Positions 1 to 9,252 of a stretch of DNA of 32,000 nt are shown in pieces. The stretch's first letter is position 1, and the number at the start of each line of letters is the position of its first letter. Origin of the DNA: Candidatus Saccharimonadota bacterium (GTDB lineage: Archaea > Nanobdellota > Nanobdellia > Pacearchaeales > GW2011-AR1); NCBI GenBank assembly GCA_017609205.1, contig JAFCEL010000001.1, positions 450,001 to 482,000 of the forward strand, in the 5' to 3' direction. Position numbers and translations under genes: made by a program. The notes under the pieces are model-generated. The model did no database searches. It saw nothing but the letters and a program-made list of their open reading frames with translations, and had not been told where the DNA came from.

Positions 1-1
1 A

Positions 2-1852
2 GAGATTGAAATCGATGGAAAAGAAGTAGTTATTGAGAGGACGCTCAAGAGAGGAAAAACTGTTAATCAGGATTTTTGTTCTATAATTATCGACGGAGTT
101 AAAAAAGAGATTTCTGTTTCAGAATTAAAAGATAATATTTTATCTCTGCTCAATTATCCAAAAGAATTCGCGAAGAAACAAAATCTTCTCTATAAATTTA
201 CAGTTTATACTCCTCAGGAGGAAATGAAACAAATAATTCTTCAAGATTCACAAACCAGATTAAACACTCTAAGACATGTTTTTGGAATTGACAAATATAA
301 AAGAATTCTTGAGAATGTTTCTCTTGTTGTAACAAAAATAAGAGAAGATAAGAGATTAAATGAAGGGATGGTGCTAAATCTCGAAGAAGATAAAAGGAAT
401 CTCTCTGAGAAAAATCACAATCTTTCTGAGAAGAAGAAGTTTTTATTGGTTTTGGAGGAAGATTTGGATTCAAAGAGACAAAAAAGAAATTCCATTCAAC
501 TTGAGAATGAGGCTATTTCAAAAAAGATAGAAGAGAAAAATAGGTTGCAGCAGGAGATTGAAAAAGCCAAAATAAGGCTTTTAAATAAGAAAGAAACAAT
601 CCAAAATAATAATTCTCTTATTCTAACTCTAAGCGAGGAACTGAAAAAATTAAAACAAGTTTCTTTTGACGAATCTAAAATAAAATCTCTTGAAGGAGAA
701 ATTTCTGCAATCAAAAAAGAGAAGAATGAACTCTCCGACGAAATTCTTAAAATTTCTTCTCAGATATCTTCTCTTACATTCAAGAACGAGGATAATTTTA
801 GTTTGGAAAGGAAGATGTCTAACCTTGAGATTTGCCCTACTTGTTTGCAAAATGTAGATGCTATTTATAGAGCAAATATCCTCAATAAGATTCGTTCAGA
901 GGTAGCGGAAAATAATAAGAATATCCAAGAATTTGAAAAATCAAAACAAATTCTTCTTGAGAAAATTAAGAAGTTGGATCTTGAAATTTCTGAGAAAGAA
1001 AAACAGCTTCAGGAATTAAGAATTATTAAGAGTCGCTTAAGTGAGATAAATGAAAAGGAGAACCGGATAGTTTCATTAAGAAAGAATATTGTTTTACTTG
1101 AAGAAGATGTAAGAATCTTATCTGAACAGATCCATTCATTAAAGCAGTCTGTTTTTGAGTTGGAGAAGTTTGATAATTTATTCAGTATAAAACAGAAAGA
1201 ATTGAATGATGCCCTGAGTGATGAGAAAAGGGCTGAGATAAAACTTGCAGAATCAAAGAAGGAAATAGAGTTTTTGATTTCTTCTATTGATGAGTTGAAA
1301 AAAAGAATCCAACATGCAGAGGAAATTCAGAATCGGCTTAAATATCTTAGAGAACTTGAAAATTGGCTTACTCAAAAATTTATTCCTGTAGTTTCAATAA
1401 TTGAAAAAAATGTGATGATTAAACTAAAATCTGATTTTTCGAGATTATTTGAGGAGTGGTTTAATATGCTTGTTTCAGATTCTTTTCTTGTTAGACTCAG
1501 CGATGATTTCACTCCTATTATTGAGCAGCAGGACTATGAGATTGATTATGCTTATCTTTCTGGAGGAGAGAGAACAGCAGTTGCTCTGGCTTATCGCCTT
1601 GCATTGAATCAGGTTATTAATTCTATGATGAGCAAGATAAAAACAAAAGATATTGTTATTCTCGACGAGCCTACAGATGGATTTTCAGAACAGCAGTTGG
1701 ATAAGATGAGGGATGTTCTTCAGCAATTGAATGTTAGGCAATTGATAATAGTAAGTCATGAGCGGAAAATAGAAGAATTTGTCGAGAATGTAATTAGGAT
1801 AAGAAAGAAGAATCATATAAGTGAAGCAGATCAAAACCCAAAAACTTTTTAA
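2..1852 (+). CDS. rad50: Rad50/SMC-type DNA double-strand-break repair ATPase, 5'-truncated by the window edge
   Basis: The frame is open from nt 2 (EIEIDGKEVVIERTLKRG...YTPQEEMKQI), so track ORF 224..1852 is only the tail of a longer gene. Long heptad-rich coiled coil; central zinc hook CPTC (nt 833-844); C-terminal ABC signature LSGGERTAVALAYRLAL; Walker B IVILDEPT; H-loop IVSHE. Confidence 0.85.
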   Translation, partial: EIEIDGKEVVIERTLKRGKTVNQDFCSIIIDGVKKEISVSELKDNILSLLNYPKEFAKKQNLLYKFTVYTPQEEMKQIILQDSQTRLNTLRHVFGIDKYKRILENVSLVVTKIREDKRLNEGMVLNLEEDKRNLSEKNHNLSEKKKFLLVLEEDLDSKRQKRNSIQLENEAISKKIEEKNRLQQEIEKAKIRLLNKKETIQNNNSLILTLSEELKKLKQVSFDESKIKSLEGEISAIKKEKNELSDEILKISSQISSLTFKNEDNFSLERKMSNLEICPTCLQNVDAIYRANILNKIRSEVAENNKNIQEFEKSKQILLEKIKKLDLEISEKEKQLQELRIIKSRLSEINEKENRIVSLRKNIVLLEEDVRILSEQIHSLKQSVFELEKFDNLFSIKQKELNDALSDEKRAEIKLAESKKEIEFLISSIDELKKRIQHAEEIQNRLKYLRELENWLTQKFIPVVSIIEKNVMIKLKSDFSRLFEEWFNMLVSDSFLVRLSDDFTPIIEQQDYEIDYAYLSGGERTAVALAYRLALNQVINSMMSKIKTKDIVILDEPTDGFSEQQLDKMRDVLQQLNVRQLIIVSHERKIEEFVENVIRIRKKNHISEADQNPKTF

Positions 1853-1915
1853 TATTTGGATTGTGGTTTTTTGTGAGGTGGTGGTTTGAAATCGCCTTAA
1901 GATTTCTTAGATAAA

Positions 1916-3007
1916 ATGCCTGTGGATATTAGAACAAGAAAGTTGGCACAACTTGCAGTAAGGTATTCTGTATTTGTAAAACCAGGAGAGAGAGTAATAA
2001 TTTCTGGAGGGAGTGAGGCAATTCCTTTTTTGGTTGAACTTTATAAGGAGATAATTTTGCAAAAAGCACATCCTATTGTGAGGGTTGGTCTTCCAGATGT
2101 TTCTGATTTTTTCTATAAATATGCTACTCAGGAGCAGATTGAAAGATTTCCTGATGAGTGGATGGATACTGTTAAGAAAGCAGATAAATATATAGGAATT
2201 GTTTCTGATTTAAATACAAGGGAGTTGACAAATGCAAACCCAAAGAAGATTTCATCAAGACAGAAAATTGTCCATCCTATTTCAACTTATATTTGTAATG
2301 AAAAAGATAGAATTCGTCGCTGTACAATTGCTTATCCGGTAGTGGCTCTTGCACAAGAAGCAGAGATGTCTTTAACCGATTACGAGAATTTTGTTTATAG
2401 TGCATGCTTGCAGGACTGGAAAAAACTTGGAAAGCAGATTGATAAAATAAAGACTTTATTTGAAAGAGGAAAAAATGTTCATTTAGTAGGCGAAGGAGTT
2501 GATTTGAAATTTTCTATTAAAGGGAAAAATGCTGTTGCTGATAAGGGCGAAGAGAATATGCCTGGAGGGGAAGTTTTTATGGCTCCTGTGCGTGAAAGTT
2601 TAAATGGTTGGATAAGATTTGAGTATCCTGCAATTGAATCAGGAAAAGAGGTTACAGATATTTTCCTAAGATTTGAAAATGGGAAAGTGGTTGACATGTC
2701 TGCTTCAAAGAACGAAGATTTTCTAAGGGAGATGCTGAATACTGATGAGAATGCCTCGTATGTTGGAGAATTTGGGATTGGTTGCAATCCTAAGATAAAT
2801 AAATTCACTAAAAATTTGTTATTTGACGAGAAAATTAATGGAACAATTCATCTTGCTCTTGGACAGGCATATAGAGACAATGGCGGAGGGAATGATTCTG
2901 CGATTCATTGGGATATTGTTAAAGACATGCATAAATCAAAGATAATTCTTGATGGGAAAATAGTGCAGGAAGATGGAAAGTGGAAGATTAGGGGTATTAA
3001 TTTGTAA
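1916..3007 (+). CDS. M29-family aminopeptidase (AmpS/PepS/aminopeptidase T-like)
   Basis: 363 aa with an ATG start. Family-typical C-terminal motifs: EFGIGCNP, GTIHLALG and AIHWDIV (metal ligands of thermophilic metalloprotease M29). Confidence 0.8.
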   Translation: MPVDIRTRKLAQLAVRYSVFVKPGERVIISGGSEAIPFLVELYKEIILQKAHPIVRVGLPDVSDFFYKYATQEQIERFPDEWMDTVKKADKYIGIVSDLNTRELTNANPKKISSRQKIVHPISTYICNEKDRIRRCTIAYPVVALAQEAEMSLTDYENFVYSACLQDWKKLGKQIDKIKTLFERGKNVHLVGEGVDLKFSIKGKNAVADKGEENMPGGEVFMAPVRESLNGWIRFEYPAIESGKEVTDIFLRFENGKVVDMSASKNEDFLREMLNTDENASYVGEFGIGCNPKINKFTKNLLFDEKINGTIHLALGQAYRDNGGGNDSAIHWDIVKDMHKSKIILDGKIVQEDGKWKIRGINL

Positions 3008-3337
3008 TCAAAATTCTGATTCAATTTTTAGAAAAAACCCTTTCATTTTAAGATCCCAATAATCAGCATCAACATCAAGTTCCACTCTAAATCTTTTTCC
3101 TCCTTTTGTCTGAAGATGAAGCTTTGTTGGTTCTACATGACCTTTTGAGTTCACGTAAAAACCTTTTGAAGCGAGTTTTCTTTCCCATTCATAAACGAGT
3201 CTATGAAGATAAGTCTTAGAAGGAGTGTCCTTTTCTTTTGAGAGTTTATAGTATTGCACTTTATTTACGTCTTTAACAAGCGAACAACAGCCTCCGAGAA
3301 ATATAAAACCTGAGAAGATTATTTCTTTTAACTGCAT
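3008..3337 (-). CDS. Hypothetical small secreted/lipoprotein-like protein
   Basis: The track ORF starts at a TTG (3346). The first ATG is at 3337 and gives MQLKEIIFSGFIFLGGCCSLV..., a hydrophobic signal with a lipobox-like LGGC. No recognisable domain. Its stop abuts the convergent aminopeptidase stop. Confidence 0.45.
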   Translation of the reverse strand: MQLKEIIFSGFIFLGGCCSLVKDVNKVQYYKLSKEKDTPSKTYLHRLVYEWERKLASKGFYVNSKGHVEPTKLHLQTKGGKRFRVELDVDADYWDLKMKGFFLKIESEF

Positions 3338-3448
3338 AGTTTTCAAAAAACCTTTATTTTTTAATATTTTCTATACCAAAAAATTTAAATAATACCTTTT
3401 CTCTTAAATTTTAAGTAATTCTTATGAATTATTCTAAATATTCTTAAA

Positions 3449-4123
3449 ATGGAACAGGATTTAAAAGATTCGATTTTGAAAACAGGAACGACTATAATTG
3501 GAATTGTCTGTAAGGATGGAATTGTAATGGCTTCTGATAGGCAGAGTACTGCGGGAACAATTGTTTTAAATAAATCTTCTGAGAAAACAAAACAAATTAA
3601 TGATTATCTTCTTGTTTCAGGTACAGGGATGGTGTCAGACATTCAAAGAATAGAGAAGATTATTCCTGCAGAATTAAAATTAAAAGAACTTCGCTCAAGG
3701 TTACGTCCAACTGTCAGGCAGGCAGCAAATCTTCTTTCAACAATTTCTTATTCTGGGATAAGACAGCCTTCTATGATTCCTCAACAGGCTGGATTTTTGT
3801 TAGGGGGTTTGAATGATGATGGATCTTTTGAGCTTTATTCTATAGAACCTGCAGGAGGGGTTGTAAAGGTTGAAGATTATGATGCTAATTTTGGTTCAGG
3901 GATGCCTTATGTTCTAGGGCTTCTTGAGAGACAATATAAAAAAGGTATATCTGTCAAAGAAGGAATTGAACTTGCAAAAGAAGCACTTAAATCCTCAATG
4001 CAAAGAGATGTTGGCTCTGGTTATGGGATTGATATTTTTACAATTACTCGGGACGGGATTAAAAAAGTAGTCTCTCAAGAGATTCTCCCTGATTATAAAA
4101 ATGATGATAGAAAGGAAGAATAG
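3449..4123 (+). CDS. psmB: 20S proteasome beta subunit
   Basis: Short propeptide, then G|TTIIGIV (catalytic N-terminal Thr). Ntn-hydrolase beta-subunit pattern (DRQSTAG, GSGMPY). 224 aa. Confidence 0.9.
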   Translation: MEQDLKDSILKTGTTIIGIVCKDGIVMASDRQSTAGTIVLNKSSEKTKQINDYLLVSGTGMVSDIQRIEKIIPAELKLKELRSRLRPTVRQAANLLSTISYSGIRQPSMIPQQAGFLLGGLNDDGSFELYSIEPAGGVVKVEDYDANFGSGMPYVLGLLERQYKKGISVKEGIELAKEALKSSMQRDVGSGYGIDIFTITRDGIKKVVSQEILPDYKNDDRKEE

Positions 4124-4239
4124 GGATATTGGTATTAAATAATTGTCAGTTATTCGTTTGATTAAAATTAATTGCAAAGAAATAAAAATGCGATTTCAGA
4201 CAGATACTCCTGCACGAGAGTGCGTAATTTTAATGAAAA

Positions 4240-6126
4240 ATGGCAGATATTCTTAAATTAATAACAGATAGAATACACAATAAGATAACAGAAGCGAATT
4301 TTGAAGCTGCGAATATAGTTCTTTATACAGACGATGAGAAGTTTTTTAAGGAAGGAGAAAGAAGAATTAAGGAAATTGTTGATGATATAAAAAAGAGAAT
4401 TGAATTGAGAGCAGATTCAAAGATACTTAAAGATAAAGAAGAGGTTGAAAAAGAGATTAGAAAAATAGTTCCTGAAGATGCAGAGGTCACAAATATTCTT
4501 TTTGATTATCATAGGAGTATAGTTGTAATTGAGGCAAAAAAACCAGGACTTGTTATTGGAAAGCAGGGCTCTATTCTTGAGGAGATAAGAAAAACTACTT
4601 TATGGACTCCTCAGGTTCAGCGTTCTCCTGTAATTAAGTCACAAATCACAGAAAATATTCGTGAAGTTCTTTATGCTAATAATAACTATAGAAGGAAATT
4701 TTTAAATGAGGTTGGACAGAAAATTTACAAGGAGTGGAGTTCTGAAAAATCGGATGGATGGGTTAGATTAACTTTCTTGGGGGGAGCAAGACAGGTTGGA
4801 AGAAGTAGTCTATTACTGCAAACTCCGAATTCAAGAATTTTAATTGACTGTGGAATTGATGTTGCTTCGCAGGGAGATGAAAGATTCCCTATCTTTAATA
4901 TTCCTGAATTTGATATTGCACAATTAGACGCAGTTATAATTTCTCATGCGCATCTTGATCATGTGGGTTTATTGCCTTATCTGTATAAAATGGGGTACAA
5001 AGGACCTGTTTATATGACTCTACCGACGAGAGATATTGCTGCATTACTTTCGCTTGATTTTATTGGGGTAGCATATAAGCAAGCAGCACAACCTTTGTTT
5101 GATTCAAAGGACATAAAAGAAATGGTTAAGCATAGTATTTGTGTGAATTACAATGAAGTTACAGATATTGCTCCTGATGTTAGATTGACTTTTTATAATT
5201 CTGGACATGTCCTTGGAGGCTCTCTTATTCATCTTAATATTGGAAATGGTGCGCATAATCTTGTTTATACAGGAGATTATAAATACTCAAGAACAAGATT
5301 ATTAGAACCTTGTGTATTCAGTTTCCCTCGTGTGGAATCCATTGTGACAGAATCAACTTATGGTTCAAAGTTAGATGTTCTTCCTCCAAGAAGGGAAACA
5401 GAAGAACAATTCATAAATATGGTTAAGAATACAATTAATAATGGAGGGAAGGTTTTGCTTCCTGAACTTGGTTTAGGTCATGCACAGGAAACATTGCTTA
5501 GGATGGAGGAGGCAATGAGAATGGGTGAGCTTCCGAAAGTCCCGATTTATATTGATGGAATGATATGGGATATTAATGCAATTCATACAGCTTATCCTGA
5601 TTTTTTAAGTAATAAAATCAGAACCCAAATATTTCAGGATAGAAATCCCTTTGTTTCAGAAATTTTCTCAAGAGTTGGTTCTGCTCAAGAGAGAAAGCAG
5701 GTTATTGAAGGAGGACCTTGTATAGTCATTGCAACGTCTGGTATGCTTCAGGGAGGGGCTTCTGTAGAATATTTCAAAAATTTTGCAGATAATCCAAAGA
5801 ATTTAATGATACTCAGCTGTTATCAGGGTCCTGGTTCATTGGGTAGACAGTTGCAGGAAGGAGCAAGTAAGGTTGTTGTAGAAGATAATGATGGAAAAAG
5901 AGAGTTAGATGTTAGAATGAAGGTTGTTTTATTTAATGGACTTTCTCCTCATGCAGGAAGAAATGAGATAATGTCTTACTTTAATAATATTAGACCAAAA
6001 CCAAAGAGGATAATTGTAAATCATGGCGAGGTTTCAAAATCACTTGATCTTGCATCTGCATTGTATAAGCTTAATAGGGTTGAAACAAATGTTCCGAGAA
6101 ATCTTGAAACTTTGAGGTTGAGATAG
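4240..6126 (+). CDS. aCPSF1: KH-domain / metallo-beta-lactamase / beta-CASP ribonuclease
   Basis: 628 aa. N-terminal KH-like segment (VVIEAKKPGLVIGKQGS), metallo-beta-lactamase HxHxDH motif (SHAHLDHVG), later beta-CASP region (ESTYG ... SPHAG ... VNHGE). This architecture is typical of archaeal CPSF1. Confidence 0.9.
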   Translation: MADILKLITDRIHNKITEANFEAANIVLYTDDEKFFKEGERRIKEIVDDIKKRIELRADSKILKDKEEVEKEIRKIVPEDAEVTNILFDYHRSIVVIEAKKPGLVIGKQGSILEEIRKTTLWTPQVQRSPVIKSQITENIREVLYANNNYRRKFLNEVGQKIYKEWSSEKSDGWVRLTFLGGARQVGRSSLLLQTPNSRILIDCGIDVASQGDERFPIFNIPEFDIAQLDAVIISHAHLDHVGLLPYLYKMGYKGPVYMTLPTRDIAALLSLDFIGVAYKQAAQPLFDSKDIKEMVKHSICVNYNEVTDIAPDVRLTFYNSGHVLGGSLIHLNIGNGAHNLVYTGDYKYSRTRLLEPCVFSFPRVESIVTESTYGSKLDVLPPRRETEEQFINMVKNTINNGGKVLLPELGLGHAQETLLRMEEAMRMGELPKVPIYIDGMIWDINAIHTAYPDFLSNKIRTQIFQDRNPFVSEIFSRVGSAQERKQVIEGGPCIVIATSGMLQGGASVEYFKNFADNPKNLMILSCYQGPGSLGRQLQEGASKVVVEDNDGKRELDVRMKVVLFNGLSPHAGRNEIMSYFNNIRPKPKRIIVNHGEVSKSLDLASALYKLNRVETNVPRNLETLRLR

Positions 6127-6134
6127 GTAATTAA

Positions 6135-6145
6135 TTTTAAAAACT
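6135..6145 (+). promoter_or_regulatory. Candidate TATA box TTTTAAAAACT, about 25 nt upstream of the ATG at 6165
   Basis: An A/T octamer of the archaeal TATA type. The same motif recurs at the same spacing before several other genes (see findings). Confidence 0.3.
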
Positions 6146-6164
6146 TGAGAGAGTTCTTATAACT

Positions 6165-7205
6165 ATGGGGTTAGAGGCAAAAAAATTGAAGGTGATTGCT
6201 GCATTGATTTTAAGTATGGTTTTCACACTAATGATAATTCATGCAAGACTTTATGGGACAAGACATTCTTTTGGAAATATTCTTATTAATCTTAATGGCA
6301 AGAATGTTACTTTAGAAGAGGCAGTTAAAGGGGATTATTTAGGAGCTAATTCAGATTTTCCTCCTCCTGGTTTTGAGGTGAATACTACTAATATCAGTTT
6401 TGGGCATAATGCTGAGGAGATTTGGGTTTCTATTAATGGAAGTGAAATGACTTTAGCAGACGCGATAGAGACAGGTCTTTTATGTTCGCTAGCAAATTCG
6501 ACCACAACTTCTTATTCCTATCCAAGACCAAACCCAGGACATTATGCTACTGAGATTGAGATGGACATGGGTGACGGTGTTACTTTTAGAACCTTGCAAT
6601 ATGCAATTGATATTGGTTTTTTTTGTGGGAATTATGAGGGTTATGGATGGAAGACTGGAAATTGGAGTGAATGCTCGGTTTCTTGTGGGGGAGGAATACA
6701 GACTAGGGATGTCTGGTGCCAGAAAGCTGATGGGCAAGTTGTAAGTGATAATTATTGTTCAGGCACAAGACCCGCAACAAATCAGAGTTGTAATACTCAG
6801 ATGTGCCCTACTGTTTATAATTATCCTCAGATTAATCAAAGATATATAGGATATAGTTTTGCTACTCTTTCTAATAGAGAAGTGAATAGTTGTGAGGAAT
6901 GCAATAGTGATGAAGAATGTTGGACAGGAAATTCAGAAACAGGAGAAATAGTTTCTTATTGCCAAAAATGCGATACTTTTGTAAGATTTGGGTCCTGGGT
7001 AATGAGCATAGAAGCATCAAAATTTTGCGAGAGTAAGGGAAAGGATTTAATTAATTTTACTTTTGATAATGCAGATGTTCTTGGGTGGCAATATCAAGTG
7101 GTATTGGGTTGGGGTTGGGGTGGATGTGACTCGAATACTTGGTATAATTATGATTGTAACACTAGTGGAATGTGTGAAATAATGACACAAATTACTTGTG
7201 GTTAA
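6165..7205 (+). CDS. Secreted or membrane-anchored cysteine-rich protein with a thrombospondin type-1 repeat (TSR)
   Basis: N-terminal KK + hydrophobic anchor (KKLKVIAALILSMVFTLMIIHA). 18 Cys by my count and about nine N-x-S/T sequons. Residues 162-215 (nt 6648-6809) read WKTGNWSECSVSCGGGIQTRDVWCQKADGQVVSDNYCSGTRPATNQSCNTQMCP, which is the TSR six-Cys pattern. Confidence 0.75.
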   Translation: MGLEAKKLKVIAALILSMVFTLMIIHARLYGTRHSFGNILINLNGKNVTLEEAVKGDYLGANSDFPPPGFEVNTTNISFGHNAEEIWVSINGSEMTLADAIETGLLCSLANSTTTSYSYPRPNPGHYATEIEMDMGDGVTFRTLQYAIDIGFFCGNYEGYGWKTGNWSECSVSCGGGIQTRDVWCQKADGQVVSDNYCSGTRPATNQSCNTQMCPTVYNYPQINQRYIGYSFATLSNREVNSCEECNSDEECWTGNSETGEIVSYCQKCDTFVRFGSWVMSIEASKFCESKGKDLINFTFDNADVLGWQYQVVLGWGWGGCDSNTWYNYDCNTSGMCEIMTQITCG

Positions 7206-7243
7206 AGGGATAAGACATTCTTTGAAAACATGAATAGTTAGAT

Positions 7244-7253
7244 TTTAAAACTC
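7244..7253 (+). promoter_or_regulatory. Candidate TATA box TTTTAAAACT, about 25 nt upstream of the nac ATG (7273)
   Basis: Same motif and spacing as at 6135. Confidence 0.3.
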
Positions 7254-7272
7254 TTGTTTCTGTTTCTTAATT

Positions 7273-7593
7273 ATGTTTCCGGGATTGAGTCCTAAGAAAA
7301 TGCAGCAGGTTATGAAGCAGATGGGAATCTCTCAGGAGGAGATTGATGCTTCTCGTGTAATAATTGAAAAATCCGACGGAAGGATAATTATTGAAACACC
7401 CTCTGTTGTAAAGATTAGAATGCAAGGACAGGAGACCTTCCAGATTACAGGTGAAATTCAGGAGGAGAGAACTGTTTCTAGAGAGGATATAGAAACTATA
7501 ATGGAGAAAACAGGATGTTCTGAGGAAGAAGCAAAGAAAACTTTAGAAAAGACAGGGGATTTGGCAGAAGCAATCTTGGAGTTAAGTGATTGA
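7273..7593 (+). CDS. nac: Nascent polypeptide-associated complex protein (archaeal NAC, NAC + UBA domains)
   Basis: 106 aa. NAC beta-barrel segment RVIIEKSDGRIIIETPSVVKIRMQGQETFQITGE and C-terminal UBA-like helix bundle EDIETIMEKTGCSEEEAKKTLEKTGDLAEAILEL. Confidence 0.85.
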   Translation: MFPGLSPKKMQQVMKQMGISQEEIDASRVIIEKSDGRIIIETPSVVKIRMQGQETFQITGEIQEERTVSREDIETIMEKTGCSEEEAKKTLEKTGDLAEAILELSD

Positions 7594-7651
7594 ATGATAA
7601 AATATAAAAACTCTTTTTTCTTAATTAATTACACTTCTTAAATGATAAAAG

Positions 7652-8092
7652 ATGGAAGACATAATTCAGGAAAAAATCAGCGCAGACCACTTACTTTATG
7701 TTAGTTTGAAATACACCAAGACTTGTGATGTTATTCTGAATCTTCTTTTAAGATGGAGAAAAATGATTAAAACCAGTATTGAAGCGATTTTGAAACATGC
7801 AAAGAAAAAGAAGAAAATAAAGAGTATTCCTACGAATCCTATTGGGAAGATAGACAAAGTTGAAAAACTATTCAAGAAAGACAAAAATTTCTTAGAAGTC
7901 CTTGAATTTTATGAGATGCTTAGAAAAATAGAGGATTTAAGGAAAGAGAGGGTTGGGGAGTTTAGGAAAAATGTCGCTTTAAAAATATTATACAAAGGAA
8001 AAGAAGTTAATATCAATCTTGAGCAATTGAAGATTTATGCTGATAAGTTAGAAAAATTTATAAGTACAACTAAGCATTTTCTTCTATCGTAA
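7652..8092 (+). CDS. Hypothetical helical, Lys-rich protein; probably co-transcribed with minD (14-nt gap)
   Basis: 146-aa ORF with an ATG start and no competing frame. No motif I can recognise. Confidence 0.5.
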   Translation: MEDIIQEKISADHLLYVSLKYTKTCDVILNLLLRWRKMIKTSIEAILKHAKKKKKIKSIPTNPIGKIDKVEKLFKKDKNFLEVLEFYEMLRKIEDLRKERVGEFRKNVALKILYKGKEVNINLEQLKIYADKLEKFISTTKHFLLS

Positions 8093-8106
8093 GCATTCTG
8101 CTTAAA

Positions 8107-8874
8107 ATGTCAAAAATAATTGTAATAACGTCTGGCAAAGGCGGTGTGGGTAAGACCACAACTGCCATAAACTTAGGTGCGGCTATGAATTTTTTTGGAA
8201 AAGATGTTCTTGTTATCGACGGAAATCTCTCAACGCCAAATATTGGAATCCATTTAAATTCTCCTGAAGTTCCAGTAAATCTGAACCATGTTTTAAAGGG
8301 AAAATCAGATGTTTTTGAGGCAGTTTATGAACATGAATCTGGTTTGAAGATAATGCCTTCATCTTTATCAGTGAATGAGTTAAAAAAATGTTCGCCTTCA
8401 AAGATAAAAGATTTTAAGAATGATTTTAAAAGAATATCTGATTATGTTATTATTGACAGTGCTGCAGGACTTGGAGAAGAGGCTATTTCTGCAATTGAAA
8501 TTGCTGATGAGATAATTCTTGTCACAAATCCAGAAATGCCTGCAATTACAGATGCTTTGAAGACAATAAAAGTTGCAGAAAAGAAAAAGAAATTTGTTAA
8601 GGGAGTGATTGTAACAAGAGTTAAGAGAAATAGGATTGAAATGAAATCTGATAATGTTAAAGAGATGTTAGAGGTCCCTATTATTGGGATGGTTCCTGAG
8701 GACCTTTGCATTCCTGATTCCTTGAATCATAAAGATGCTGTTGTTCATGTTTTCCCGAAGAGCAAGGCGTCACGGGCTTATAAAGAGATAGCGGCGAAAA
8801 TTGTCGGTGCTGAATATAATTCTAAGAAAGACAGGCCTAGATTGTGGGAAAGGTTTTTTCAAAGAAAATACTAA
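8107..8874 (+). CDS. minD: MinD/ParA-family P-loop ATPase
   Basis: Deviant Walker A TSGKGGVGKTTT, Walker B-like VIIDSAAG. 255 aa, typical of archaeal MinD. Confidence 0.85.
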   Translation: MSKIIVITSGKGGVGKTTTAINLGAAMNFFGKDVLVIDGNLSTPNIGIHLNSPEVPVNLNHVLKGKSDVFEAVYEHESGLKIMPSSLSVNELKKCSPSKIKDFKNDFKRISDYVIIDSAAGLGEEAISAIEIADEIILVTNPEMPAITDALKTIKVAEKKKKFVKGVIVTRVKRNRIEMKSDNVKEMLEVPIIGMVPEDLCIPDSLNHKDAVVHVFPKSKASRAYKEIAAKIVGAEYNSKKDRPRLWERFFQRKY

Positions 8875-8910
8875 TCCCTTTGTAAAATTCTGTGGATTGT
8901 AAAGAATTCT

Positions 8911-9252
8911 TTAACTAATTTTTGTCCCATTACTAATCTCTTTTTCAGGAGATATTAAGACACAAACATTATCTGCAGGATTTCCTGCTGCCAAAAGCAT
9001 ACCCTGACTTTCAATTCCTCTTAGTTTTCTTGGGGCGAGATTTGCGAGGAGGATTATTTTTTTACCAACTAATTCTTCTTTAGGATAATAAGGTTTAATT
9101 CCTGCGCAGATAATTCTTTCACCTAATTCTCCCACGTCAATCTTTAATTTGAATAATTTATCTGCTCCTTCAATCTCTTCAACTTCTAAAATTTCTGCAA
9201 CTCGTAAATCAATCTTTTGCCAATCTTCAAATGAAATTATATTTTCTGTCAT
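8911..9252 (-). CDS. Stand-alone tRNA-binding OB-fold protein (Trbp111/EMAP-II-like; equivalent of the MetRS C-terminal domain)
   Basis: 113 aa. The tRNA_bind pattern is present: DLRVAEILEVEEIEGADKLFKLKIDVG...ICAGIKPYY...NLAPRKLRGIESQGMLLAAG. Its ATG overlaps the MetRS stop by 4 nt (ATGA at 9249-9252). Confidence 0.85.
   Translation of the reverse strand: MTENIISFEDWQKIDLRVAEILEVEEIEGADKLFKLKIDVGELGERIICAGIKPYYPKEELVGKKIILLANLAPRKLRGIESQGMLLAAGNPADNVCVLISPEKEISNGTKIS

Noticed and set aside
4188-4256. 22-codon upstream ORF (MRFQTDTPARECVILMKNGRYS) and the GCAC-GAGA-GTGC hairpin before aCPSF1
   Set aside because: The ORF is out of frame with aCPSF1 and overlaps its start. The 4-bp stem is too weak to call a regulatory element, and there is no supporting motif.
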